DNA from: Blastocatellia bacterium
GTDB lineage: Bacteria > Acidobacteriota > Blastocatellia > Pyrinomonadales > Pyrinomonadaceae
NCBI GenBank assembly: GCA_033855775.1
Contig: JAWVFT010000047.1
Location: 4,263 to 68,262 of the forward strand
Length of the DNA stretch: 64,000 bases
Direction: 5' to 3'
Shown: positions 26,787 through 37,316 of the stretch, piece after piece
Position numbering within the stretch: the first letter of the stretch is position 1
Layout: each line of letters begins with the position of its first letter
Translations under genes and position numbers: made by a program
Notes under the pieces: generated by a model
The model's database searches: none
What the model was told of the DNA's origin: nothing
Seen by the model: only the letters and a program-made list of their open reading frames with translations

Positions 26787-27709
26787 TAATCGAAAATTCC
26801 CTGACTCATGTAGCGTTCCGCGCCGTCTGGAAAAAGCGTGACGATGCGACGGCCCGCGCCGAGGCGTTCGGCGATGCGATAAGCTGCGGCGGCGGCGGCA
26901 CCGGAAGAGCCACCGGCCAGCACGCCTTCAGTCTCCGCCAGCTTGCGAACGGTCGCAAACGCCTCCGTATCGTAAATCATCATCGTTTCATCGGCGAGCG
27001 ATAGCTCGCAGTTCTTCGGGATAAACTGCGCCTGACCGATGCCTTCGACCTTGTGCTCGCCGGGTTGTCCGCCGCCGATAATCGAGCCTTCGGGTTCGAC
27101 CAGAACGCAGAGCACGTCAGGCTTCATTTTCCTGACGGCGCGCGAGACGCCTGTGAAAGTTCCGGCTGTGCCTGCGCCGATGACGAGGGCGTCGATGCGT
27201 CCCTGCATCTGTTCGATAATCTCGCGCGCGGTCGTTTGTTCATGAAAGCAAGGGTTGGACGGATTCTCGAACTGCTGCGGGACGAAGCTATTGGGAATCT
27301 GTCCGGCCAGTTCGCCCGCGCGCCTGACGGCTCCGGCCATCCCTTCTTCCTTCGTCACATATTCTATCTCGCCGCCGAGGGCTTCCATGATTTTCATCTT
27401 CTCTTGCGAGTAGCCTTCGGGCACGCAGAGGATGACGCGATAGCCGCGCTGCACGCCGACGAGGGCCAGCCCGATGCCCGTATTGCCCGCGGTCGGTTCG
27501 ATGATGGTCGAGCCGGGGCCGAGCAGCCCGCGCCGTTCGGCGTCCAGAATCATGCCCAGAGCGGCGCGGTCTTTCACGGACCCGCCCGGATTCATGTATT
27601 CGAGTTTAGCGTAAATATCCGCCAGCGGCGGTCCGGCAAAACGCGAGAGATGGAGCAACGGAGTTCGGCCAACCAACTCAATGATGTTCTCAGTCGTCCC
27701 AAGCGGCAT
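26786..27709 (-). CDS. cysteine synthase / cystathionine beta-synthase-type PLP enzyme
   Basis: PLP-lysine motif NPGGSVKDR, plus EPTAGNTGIGLA and GAGTAGTFTG loops. Start is ATG 27709 (MPLGTTENI) or TTG 27724. Confidence 0.88.
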   Translation of the reverse strand: MPLGTTENIIELVGRTPLLHLSRFAGPPLADIYAKLEYMNPGGSVKDRAALGMILDAERRGLLGPGSTIIEPTAGNTGIGLALVGVQRGYRVILCVPEGYSQEKMKIMEALGGEIEYVTKEEGMAGAVRRAGELAGQIPNSFVPQQFENPSNPCFHEQTTAREIIEQMQGRIDALVIGAGTAGTFTGVSRAVRKMKPDVLCVLVEPEGSIIGGGQPGEHKVEGIGQAQFIPKNCELSLADETMMIYDTEAFATVRKLAETEGVLAGGSSGAAAAAAYRIAERLGAGRRIVTLFPDGAERYMSQGIFD

Positions 27710-27819
27710 TAACTTTTCAACCAATAATCATCGCAAAAGTAGATTGCCAGAGCCTTCATAAGCTGACACTTAATGGAAAACGCATGGTAGCCCGCAAATG
27801 GCTGAAAGGTCAAATTAAG

Positions 27820-27848
27820 GAAGGGAAGCAGCCACGCCGCTTCCCTTC
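27820..27848. repeat. perfect 10-bp hairpin GAAGGGAAGC/GCTTCCCTTC in a divergent spacer
   Basis: The stem is 27820-27829 with 27839-27848, loop 9 nt. It lies between the divergently transcribed cysteine-synthase-type gene and kdsB, so it is not a terminator. TTGACA follows at 27850-27855. Confidence 0.6.
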
Positions 27849-27887
27849 ATTGACACTGCCGCTCGCGGCGGGGTATCGTGTTGGCCC

Positions 27888-28691
27888 GTGAACTACACGG
27901 CTTCAGACCCTCAACAATCCGCCGTCGCCATCATTCCCGCACGCTACGCTTCGACTCGACTGCCCGGCAAAGCTCTGCTCGAAATCAGCGGGCGGCCCAT
28001 GATTCTGTGGACGCTGGAACGCGCTCTCGCTGCGCGCAACGTGAGCCGCGCCATCGTTGCGACCGACGACCAGCGGATTCTTGAAGCGGTGCGCGCCGCC
28101 GGTCACGAAGCGGTCATGACCGCCGGGACGCACCAGAGCGGCAGCGACCGTCTGGCCGAAGTCGCGGCCTCGCTCGACGAAGCCGCGATGATAGTCAACG
28201 TGCAGGGCGACGAGCCTTTGATTTCGCCGCGCACAATCGAACGCGCGGTTGACCAACTGGCGAATGACGACGAAGCGATGATTGTCACGACCTCCGAACG
28301 AATAACGTTGGCGGCTGACGTGTTGAGCGAAGACGTGGTTAAAGTCGTCACGGACAGCGCGGGGCGCGCTCTCTATTTTTCGCGCTCTCCGCTGCCGCTG
28401 CCGCGCGAGGCCGTGCGGCGTCACGGCACGCTCCGCGCCGCGCTCGACCAGGAGCCTGAACTGCTCAAACTCTTTCGCAAGCACACGGGGCTTTACGCTT
28501 ATCGTCGCAGCTTTTTGTTAGAATACACGAGTTGGCCGCCGTCGAAGTTGGAATGCGTCGAAGCTCTCGAACAACTGCGCGCCCTCGAACGCGGCGCGAT
28601 TATCCGCGTCGTTGAAACCAACGAACCCTCAATCGGCGTAGATACGGTGGAAGATTTAGAGCGCGTAAGAGCAGTGATGAGTGACAAGTGA
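27888..28691 (+). CDS. kdsB: 3-deoxy-manno-octulosonate cytidylyltransferase (CMP-KDO synthetase)
   Basis: AIIPARYASTRLPGKAL N-terminal motif, plus VNVQGDEPLI and HTGLYAYRRSFL. Confidence 0.92.
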   Translation: MNYTASDPQQSAVAIIPARYASTRLPGKALLEISGRPMILWTLERALAARNVSRAIVATDDQRILEAVRAAGHEAVMTAGTHQSGSDRLAEVAASLDEAAMIVNVQGDEPLISPRTIERAVDQLANDDEAMIVTTSERITLAADVLSEDVVKVVTDSAGRALYFSRSPLPLPREAVRRHGTLRAALDQEPELLKLFRKHTGLYAYRRSFLLEYTSWPPSKLECVEALEQLRALERGAIIRVVETNEPSIGVDTVEDLERVRAVMSDK

Positions 28692-28780
28692 CGAGTGACA
28701 AGCAAAGCCGGCAAGCACGACGGCAAACAGAATTGTTATTCTTAACAGACTCGTTATTCTTAACTCGTCACTTGTCACTG
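28671..28780. repeat. palindromic element, GTGACAA family
   Basis: Left arm: GCA GTGATGA GTGACAA GTGACGA GTGACAA (28671-28701). Right arm: CTCGTCA CTTGTCA CTG (28764-28780). The interior holds a 12-bp direct repeat GTTATTCTTAAC (28735-28746 and 28753-28764). The left arm encodes the kdsB C-terminus and stop. Confidence 0.75.
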
Positions 28781-28787
28781 AATTATT

Positions 28788-30822
<2,035 letters not shown>

Positions 30823-30826
30823 GAGA

Positions 30827-30906
30827 GCAGTGGCAAGTGACAGTTGACGAGTGACAAGTTAAAATCTTGTTCTGACTTGTCGCCGGTCATTCGCTGCTTG
30901 TCACTG
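30827..30906. repeat. palindromic element, GTGACAA family, filling the pyrG-kinase spacer
   Basis: Left arm: GCAG TGGCAA GTGACAG TTGACGA GTGACAA G (30827-30858). Loop: TTAAAAT. The right arm ends ...GCTGCTTGTCACTG (30906). Confidence 0.7.
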
Positions 30907-30911
30907 AGTTT

Positions 30912-32600
30912 ATGCTTCACTGTCCCACATGCGGTCGAACTTTCGCTGACGACGCGCAATTCTGTCCTTCGGACGGAACGCCCTTGCGCGCCGACTCGAC
31001 CGTCGCGGGCAACATTCCCATAGACCCTTTAGTCGGGCGCACGCTGGACGAGAAGTATCGTCTTGACGAACGGCTCGGCACGGGCGGCATGGGAACCGTC
31101 TATCGCGCGACGCACTTGCTGATTGATAGACCCGTCGCCGTCAAGTTGCTCAACCCGCGTTTCGTCGAAGACGAAGCGGCGCAGGCGCGCTTTCGTCGTG
31201 AAGCGCGAGCCGCGGGGCGCTTGCAGCACTCGAACGCCGTCGCCGTCACGGATTTCGGTCGCACCTCGGACGGCTACGTCTACATCGTGATGGAACTGCT
31301 TGAGGGCCGCACGCTGCGCGACGTGCTGGCGCGCGAGGCTCCGCTCGACACGGCGCGCTCCGTCTCGATGATGCTGCAAATCTCTGCGGCGGTCGCCGCG
31401 GCCCACGAAGCCGGAATCATTCATCGTGATTTGAAGCCCGCCAATATCTTCATCGTTCAACGCAAGGACGCGCCGCCCTTCGTCAAGGTGCTAGACTTCG
31501 GCATCGCCAAGCTGGCCGCCGAATCAATCGACGACGAAGACCCGAAAACTTTAACGGCGGTCGGCGTCATGATTGGCACGCCCAAGTACATGTCGCCGGA
31601 ACAATGCGACGGCGGCCCGCTCTCGCCCGCCTCCGATGTTTACAGCCTCGGCATCATCCTTTATGAAATGCTGACCGGCACGACGCCCTTCACCGGAACC
31701 AGCCCGCTCGCCATCGCTCTCAAGCATTCGACCGAAGAGCCGCGCCCGCCGCGCGAATGGGTCGTCACGATTCCGCCTGCGATTGAAGAACTCGTGCTCA
31801 AGGCTCTGGAAAAGAATCCGCTGGCGCGACCGCAGAACGCCGCGGAGTTTCGCCGCGAGTTGTACGCGACCGCAGAGCGTCTCGGGCTTGAGCATTCCGC
31901 GAACCTGAGCGTGCCGTCGCTGGAAACGTTGCGCAGCGCGGGAACCGAAACGCCTTCCGGCAGATTGGTGATTGACATCGGGCGGCTACGCGAACAACGT
32001 GCCTTGGCTTCAAGCGGCGGCGACGGCAAAGCGGAAGCTGCCGCGACCTCCGAGATGAAGGCCGCGCGAACGCAGAGCATAGTTAAAGAGCCAAACGTCG
32101 CCGCCATCGCTCCGGTCGAAGACGTTGCTCCGGTCGCAGATGTTGCTTCGGTCGCTGCCGCTCCCGCTGCTTCGCCCGCGCGTTCGACCAAGCCGTTGGA
32201 CATCGCGCGCATCAGAGTCTTCTTCGAGCAGAAGAAGCCTTTATTAAAACAGCCGCGCGTGCTGGCGAGCGTCATCGCTTTATTCTTCGTCATCGTCGTG
32301 GCGTCGGCCCTCGCCCTCAGGTCTTCGCGCGCTCCGTCTGCGAACACCAACGCGGCGATAGAATCCGCGCCCACGCCGTCGGAAACCGCGTCGCCGCAGC
32401 AAGCCACGCCGTCGCCTGAAAGCGAGGCGTCGCCCGATGAACACAAGACGACGAACCAGTCTTCGCGTCATGAACAGTCGAACAAAACCGTGAGCAACAA
32501 TCAGGACAAGAAGAACGACAAGAACATCCTTGAAAAGAGCGCGGATAAATTAAAGAGCGGGGCGAAGAAGATTAAGAAGATTTTCAAGAATCCGTTTTAA
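30912..32600 (+). CDS. Ser/Thr protein kinase with N-terminal zinc-ribbon and C-terminal TM + low-complexity tail
   Basis: CPTCGRTF...FCPSDG zinc ribbon. Hanks kinase motifs VAVKLL, HRDLKPANIF, DFGIAK, GTPKYMSPEQ. TM helix VLASVIALFFVIVVASALAL. Lys-rich C-terminus. Confidence 0.92.
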   Translation: MLHCPTCGRTFADDAQFCPSDGTPLRADSTVAGNIPIDPLVGRTLDEKYRLDERLGTGGMGTVYRATHLLIDRPVAVKLLNPRFVEDEAAQARFRREARAAGRLQHSNAVAVTDFGRTSDGYVYIVMELLEGRTLRDVLAREAPLDTARSVSMMLQISAAVAAAHEAGIIHRDLKPANIFIVQRKDAPPFVKVLDFGIAKLAAESIDDEDPKTLTAVGVMIGTPKYMSPEQCDGGPLSPASDVYSLGIILYEMLTGTTPFTGTSPLAIALKHSTEEPRPPREWVVTIPPAIEELVLKALEKNPLARPQNAAEFRRELYATAERLGLEHSANLSVPSLETLRSAGTETPSGRLVIDIGRLREQRALASSGGDGKAEAAATSEMKAARTQSIVKEPNVAAIAPVEDVAPVADVASVAAAPAASPARSTKPLDIARIRVFFEQKKPLLKQPRVLASVIALFFVIVVASALALRSSRAPSANTNAAIESAPTPSETASPQQATPSPESEASPDEHKTTNQSSRHEQSNKTVSNNQDKKNDKNILEKSADKLKSGAKKIKKIFKNPF

Positions 32601-32627
32601 GCTAAAGCGGCGGGAGGAAGCCTTAGA

Positions 32628-33476
32628 TTGCAGAAACAACCATTCAGTGTCGGCCCGGCGACGTTCGGCGACGGACGTTTGACGTTGATTGCAGGGCCGT
32701 GCGTCATCGAGTCGCAAGAGCACGCGATGATGATGGCCCGCGAATGCGCGGCGCGCGCCAGCGATGCCGGACTCGACTTCGTTTTCAAATCGTCGTTCGA
32801 CAAAGCCAACCGCTCTTCAATCGAAAGCTTTCGCGGGTTAGGCATGAAAGCGGGGCTTGATGTGCTCAAGCGCGTCAAGGAAGAGTTGGGCCTCGCGGTC
32901 GTGACGGACGTGCACGACGCGGCGCAGGTCGAAGCGGTGGCGGAAGTCGTTGACATCTTGCAGATACCCGCCTTCCTGTGTCGCCAGACCGATTTAATCA
33001 CGGCGGCGGCGCAGACGGGGCGGGCCGTCAACGTCAAGAAGGGACAGTTTCTAGCGCCGGAGGACGCGCGCAATATCGTCTTGAAGGCGCGGGGCGCGGG
33101 CTGCGAAAAATTGTTGCTGACTGAGAGAGGCGCGAGCTTCGGCTATCATAATCTGGTGGTTGACATGCGCTCGTTTCCCATCATGCGCGAGTTTGGCGCT
33201 CCCGTCGTCTTCGATGTCACTCACTCTCTGCAACTGCCGGGCGGCCTCGGCCATGCAACCGGCGGCCAGCCGAAGTTCATCGAACCGCTCGCTCGCGCGG
33301 GCGTCGCTTGCGGCGTGGATGCCGTCTTCATGGAAGTCCACGACCGGCCCGAAGTCGCGCCTTCGGACGGCCCGAACATGTTGCCGCTGGCGCGGCTCGG
33401 CGCGCTCTTGAAGATGCTGCGCGAGATACACGAACTGGTCGGGCGTAGCGCTGCGGAATCAGCGCACGCTGATTGA
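32628..33476 (+). CDS. kdsA: 3-deoxy-8-phosphooctulonate synthase (KDO-8-P synthase)
   Basis: [47 protein letters not shown]. Confidence 0.95.
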   Translation: MQKQPFSVGPATFGDGRLTLIAGPCVIESQEHAMMMARECAARASDAGLDFVFKSSFDKANRSSIESFRGLGMKAGLDVLKRVKEELGLAVVTDVHDAAQVEAVAEVVDILQIPAFLCRQTDLITAAAQTGRAVNVKKGQFLAPEDARNIVLKARGAGCEKLLLTERGASFGYHNLVVDMRSFPIMREFGAPVVFDVTHSLQLPGGLGHATGGQPKFIEPLARAGVACGVDAVFMEVHDRPEVAPSDGPNMLPLARLGALLKMLREIHELVGRSAAESAHAD

Positions 33477-33534
33477 CTCTAGGTTAAGAGCGTCTTCGTT
33501 CCACATTAAAAAATCCCAGACGTTTGTTGGAAGC

Positions 33535-35835
33535 ATGAAAATCATCAACACTTTTTTATTGCTCTGTCTCTCTGTTCTCGTGTGGGCAATGACGCCGGCG
33601 GTCAGGGCTCAGGACGTGCCGCTAGCCGCTTGGCAGGTGACGCGCTTCGACATCAGCGTGGACGCGCTCAACGCCGACCGTGATTTAAGAGCGACCGCGC
33701 GCCTCACGCTCCGCAACGTCGGCAAGGGAGCGGGCAGCCAGCCCGGACTGCGCCTGAATCCGAAAGCGGAAGTCAAAGATGTCAGCGTGGGCGGAGCGGC
33801 GGCGACCTTTCGTTCCGCTATCGAAGCGCGCGGCAACCTGCAACGCTTGACGGTCAACCTGCCGTCGCCGGTCGCCCCGAACGCGACGGTCGAAGTCGTC
33901 ATCTCGTATCGTTTGAACGTCGCGGAAAATTCCGGGCTGGCCGCCATCGCTCCAAGCAGCAGCCAGTTTCTTCCGCTCTCAACTTGGTACCCGACCGCCA
34001 ATACGCAGTTCGCCTTGCGCGGCCCTGACACAGCGCCTTTTAGTTTGAAAGTCAGCGGCGCAAACGTCGTCTCGTCCGGCGTTCAGAGCAGCAACGGGCA
34101 GTATGAGCAAGCGTTGCATGCTCAACCATTTTTCATAGAGGGACAATGGGAGAGCGTCGAAGCCACAGGAGCCGATGCTCGCGGCATCAACGCTTTGCTA
34201 CCGAAGGGCGCGAGCGCGGACGAGCGCAAGCAGGCCGAAGCAATCATCGCTCTGGCCGGAGCCGCGCGCTCTTACTTTGCTACGCTGCTCGGCCCCGCGC
34301 CGGAAGCGCCCGTTCGTCTCATCGCCGTCACAAGGGGCGCGGGCTTTACAGACACCGGAACGCTCCTGCTCGACGCAGCCGCTTTTCGCCGCACGAAGAT
34401 TGACGCGGCGACGGCTCTGCTGGTGGCCGAAGCCGTCGCTCACTTGTGGATTGGCGGCAAGACGGCGATTCGCGGCGAGGGCTTGGGCTCCGTGCGCGAA
34501 GGGCTGACGCGCTATCTGGCGACGCTCTTTCTGGAGAAGCAGTTCGGGCGCGAGACAGCCGAGGCAGAACGTTTGCGCGAACGCATCGCCTACGCGGGCA
34601 TCGCCAAACGCGACACCCCGCTAACGCTCGCAACGCCGCTCGACAGCGGTTACTACGTCTCCGTCACAAACAAGGGCGCGATGATTTGGCGACAGGTTGA
34701 CCGAGCGCTCGGACGCGAAGCGTTCATGGAAGCGTTGCGCTCGCAACTGCAAGCGAAGGCCGGAGACGCTGGCGGGCTGACACTTGCCACCTTGCGTCAG
34801 GCTTTCGTCGAGCGCGGCAACGCGGCTTTGAAGAGCGCGCTCGATCAGGAGTTTGACCAACCGACCGACATGGATTTGATGGTCGGGCTGCCGCAGCAGA
34901 GAGGCGCGCAATGGGTCGCCGCCGTGCGCAACACGGGCGCTTTTGACGCGGCTGTGACGGTGCAGGCGACAACCGCAAGCGGCCAACGCTTGAGCGTCGA
35001 GACGAACATCCCTGCGCGCGGTTTCGGCGAGGCTGTCTTCAACACGACGGCGCAACCGGCGCGCGTCGAAATTGACCCAGACAAGTTTTACCCGCAGCTT
35101 GACTACACCAACGACGTTGCGCCGCGCACGCGCTTGAGCGAGGAAGCCCTCGCCGAAGCGACTACTCTGTTCGCGCAGCAAAACTATCCGCGCGTCGAAG
35201 CCATCACGCGCGAAGTCCTGACGCTCGCCGCTGGCATCACGGAGGCGCGCGTGCTGCTGGCGCGCGCTCTTCTGGCGCAGAACAAGGTGGACGAAGCGGA
35301 GAAAGAATTTCGCGCGGCGTTGGACACGACCGCCCCCGCCCCGTCCACGCTCGCGTGGGCCAACATCGGGCTCGGCGAAATCAGTTTGCGTAAAGGGCAG
35401 GCGGCTGATGCCGCGCGTCGTTTCAATGAAGCGGTGCGCGCCGATGCAGAGTATGCTTCGACCTTAGCCGCTCGCGCCGGGCGCATCAAGGCCGAGACGG
35501 CAGCCAACGCCGCGCCGCCGCCCGATGAAGCCGCGCGCGCTTTCATCGCTCAACTAGACCAAGCCATCAAGAGCGGCAGGAAGGCCGAGCTTGAAGCCAT
35601 GATTATGCCCGGCGAATTGACGAGCTTTGTCAGAGGCATTACCGCCAGCCAGCCGGAGGCTTGGGCGACGCGCGTGCTGCGCACGGAGACGTTGGACGCC
35701 AACCGCTTGGCGGCTGACGTGAGCATCACCGCGCGGCAGTTGGGGCGAGATCAAGCAGGCACGGCTGTGCTCGTGCTCGCGCGCGTGAACAACGTTTGGA
35801 AGCTGGCCGGGATAGAATTTTTCGAGGTGCGTTAA
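33535..35835 (+). CDS. secreted M1-aminopeptidase-like protein with degenerate zinc site, C-terminal TPR-like region
   Basis: Signal peptide. An M1-like core in which GAMEN reads GAGFT and HExxH reads EAVAH (34429-34443), while the H-X18-E spacing is kept (E codon at 34498-34500). TPR-like helices near residues 560-640. Confidence 0.6.
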   Translation: MKIINTFLLLCLSVLVWAMTPAVRAQDVPLAAWQVTRFDISVDALNADRDLRATARLTLRNVGKGAGSQPGLRLNPKAEVKDVSVGGAAATFRSAIEARGNLQRLTVNLPSPVAPNATVEVVISYRLNVAENSGLAAIAPSSSQFLPLSTWYPTANTQFALRGPDTAPFSLKVSGANVVSSGVQSSNGQYEQALHAQPFFIEGQWESVEATGADARGINALLPKGASADERKQAEAIIALAGAARSYFATLLGPAPEAPVRLIAVTRGAGFTDTGTLLLDAAAFRRTKIDAATALLVAEAVAHLWIGGKTAIRGEGLGSVREGLTRYLATLFLEKQFGRETAEAERLRERIAYAGIAKRDTPLTLATPLDSGYYVSVTNKGAMIWRQVDRALGREAFMEALRSQLQAKAGDAGGLTLATLRQAFVERGNAALKSALDQEFDQPTDMDLMVGLPQQRGAQWVAAVRNTGAFDAAVTVQATTASGQRLSVETNIPARGFGEAVFNTTAQPARVEIDPDKFYPQLDYTNDVAPRTRLSEEALAEATTLFAQQNYPRVEAITREVLTLAAGITEARVLLARALLAQNKVDEAEKEFRAALDTTAPAPSTLAWANIGLGEISLRKGQAADAARRFNEAVRADAEYASTLAARAGRIKAETAANAAPPPDEAARAFIAQLDQAIKSGRKAELEAMIMPGELTSFVRGITASQPEAWATRVLRTETLDANRLAADVSITARQLGRDQAGTAVLVLARVNNVWKLAGIEFFEVR

Positions 35836-35841
35836 GGATTG

Positions 35842-36375
35842 ATGGACACTTGGGCCGAACTTGAAAAGCGCGCCGCGCGCGTGAAGTTGCTGCTGATGGA
35901 TTGCGACGGCGTGTTGACCGACGGGCGTATCACTTTGTTGCCCGACGGCGACGAACAGAAAAGCTTTCACACGCGCGACGGCCACGGCCTCGTGCTCCTT
36001 CATCGCGCGGGCCTCAGTTCGGGCATCATCTCCGGGCGCACTTCTTCATCCGTCACGCGCCGCGCCAGCGACTTAGGTATCCGCTACGTCCGGCAGGGAA
36101 CTTGGGACAAGATAGTCGAGTTTGAAGAGACGCTCGCGGAAGCCGGAGTTGACGAAAGCGAGACGGCTTTCATCGGCGACGACGTGACCGATATTCCGTT
36201 GATGCAGAGAGTCGGCTTGGCTGTGGCTGTGGCGGACGCGACCGAAGAGACACGCGCCGCCGCGCACTATGTCACGCAACTGCCGGGCGGCTTCGGGGCC
36301 GTGCGCGAGGTCACGGACTTGATTCTCAAAGCGCAGGGTCGTTGGGCCGAGTTGATGCGCAAGTACATCAAGTGA
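35842..36375 (+). CDS. kdsC: KDO-8-phosphate phosphatase (HAD family)
   Basis: LLLMDCDGVLTDGRI HAD motif I, plus GIISGRTS and FIGDDVTDIPLM. Confidence 0.88.
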   Translation: MDTWAELEKRAARVKLLLMDCDGVLTDGRITLLPDGDEQKSFHTRDGHGLVLLHRAGLSSGIISGRTSSSVTRRASDLGIRYVRQGTWDKIVEFEETLAEAGVDESETAFIGDDVTDIPLMQRVGLAVAVADATEETRAAAHYVTQLPGGFGAVREVTDLILKAQGRWAELMRKYIK

Positions 36376-36502
36376 ACGCGGGCGCTAGCGTTGGCCTTGA
36401 AGGACGCGCGCGAGCGCTAAGCTTGAGAGCGCGCGAGTTTGACTTTCATCCGTCGCAAGCAGCATGCTGTGATTCAATTTTCAAGTGGGGAGAGAACAAA
36501 AG

Positions 36503-36883
36503 GTGGAAACCGCTAAACACGTCCTGTTCGTCGAGGACACTTCCGACACGCGCGACCTTGTGGAGTTCAGCTTGAAGCAGGACGGCTTTGAAGTCACCAG
36601 CGCGCAGACCGCCAACGAGGGCTTGCGGCTGGCGCGCGAGAAATCGTTCGCGCTGATTCTGCTCGACATCGGATTGCCCGACAAAGACGGCCTCGAACTC
36701 TGCCGCGACATACGCCTCTTCGACCAGCAAACGCCGATTCTCTTCTACACGGCCTTCGCCGAACTGCTCGACCTTGAAGAGGCCGAGAAGGCAGGGGCGC
36801 AAGGCTGCCTGCGCAAGCCCGAAGACACGCCGCGCCTCGGCGAGATTGCCCGCCGGTTAATCGAAGAGACAGCGCGCGGCTAA
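36503..36883 (+). CDS. single-domain response regulator (CheY-like receiver)
   Basis: HVLFVEDTSD, phospho-acceptor LILLDIGLPDKDG, and a conserved K in GCLRKP. GTG 36503 lies after GGGGAGAG. Confidence 0.8.
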   Translation: METAKHVLFVEDTSDTRDLVEFSLKQDGFEVTSAQTANEGLRLAREKSFALILLDIGLPDKDGLELCRDIRLFDQQTPILFYTAFAELLDLEEAEKAGAQGCLRKPEDTPRLGEIARRLIEETARG

Positions 36884-36913
36884 ACGCTTGCGCCCGCTCT
36901 CGACACGATTGAT

Positions 36914-36942
36914 TTGACAGTCGTTCAGGGCTTGATTATCTT
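36914..36942 (+). promoter_or_regulatory. candidate sigma-70 promoter upstream of tRNA-Gly
   Basis: TTGACA (36914-36919), 17 nt, then TATCTT (36937-36942). Confidence 0.45.
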
Positions 36943-36958
36943 AACTGGCAACCAAGTT

Positions 36959-36999
36959 GGATGAAGCCGAACGATGAAAGCCTTGCTCGTCCTTCATCC
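36959..36999. repeat. short GATGA-word hairpin in the tRNA leader
   Basis: GGATGAAG...GATGAAAG (36959-36980) faces CTTGCTCGTCCTTCATCC (36982-36999). The outer 8 bp are perfect and the inner part is imperfect. Confidence 0.5.
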
Positions 37000-37016
37000 T
37001 TCCGGCTTGTTCTTGT

Positions 37017-37088
37017 GCGGGCGTAACTCAATGGTAGAGTGTCAGCTTCCCAAGCTGAAAGTTGCGAGTTCGATCCTCGTCGCCCGCT
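37017..37088 (+). tRNA. tRNA-Gly (anticodon CCC)
   Basis: Cloverleaf folded by hand. Acceptor GCGGGCG/CGCCCGC, D stem ACTC/GAGT, anticodon stem TCAGC/GCTGA with loop TTCCCAA, T arm GCGAG-TTCGATC-CTCGT, discriminator T. CCA is not encoded. Confidence 0.93.
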
Positions 37089-37252
37089 TTTATCATATCT
37101 GAGCAAACAACTCTTCCGGCGGGCTTTCAGCCGGATATGTGCCTGGCGGGACGTATCGTTAATGAGCGCCGCCGAAGAGCGAAGCGTATGCTTTGCTCAC
37201 AACTTGAGCGCGGCTGGCTGCGTTCGTCTCGGCTTTTAGAGCGCGCGGCGAC

Positions 37253-37267
37253 TGGCACAATGGTTGC
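37253..37267 (+). promoter_or_regulatory. sigma-54 (-24/-12) promoter
   Basis: TGGCAC (37253-37258), AATGG, TTGC (37264-37267). This matches the TGGCAC-N5-TTGC consensus exactly and lies about 50 nt upstream of the lipoprotein start. Confidence 0.7.
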
Positions 37268-37316
37268 GATGAAGAATCAGCTTGCAGCGTTAATCCAGAC
37301 AGGAGGACGACATATC

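Noticed and set aside
36944-36958. TGGCAA-CCAAG-TTGG upstream of tRNA-Gly as a sigma-54 promoter
   Set aside because: The -12 GC dinucleotide is absent (GG instead), the -24 box is imperfect, and a tRNA is an implausible sigma-54 target. A sigma-70-like promoter lies just upstream.
37089-37252. Possible integrated element next to tRNA-Gly
   Set aside because: There is no integrase, no tRNA 3'-end direct repeat, and no composition shift downstream. The flanking genes are ordinary chromosomal genes.
37062-37316. Upstream extension of the lipoprotein ORF
   Set aside because: It would be translated through the tRNA-Gly 3' half and the sigma-54 promoter. TTG 37317, with AGGAGG and a perfect lipobox signal, is a better start.
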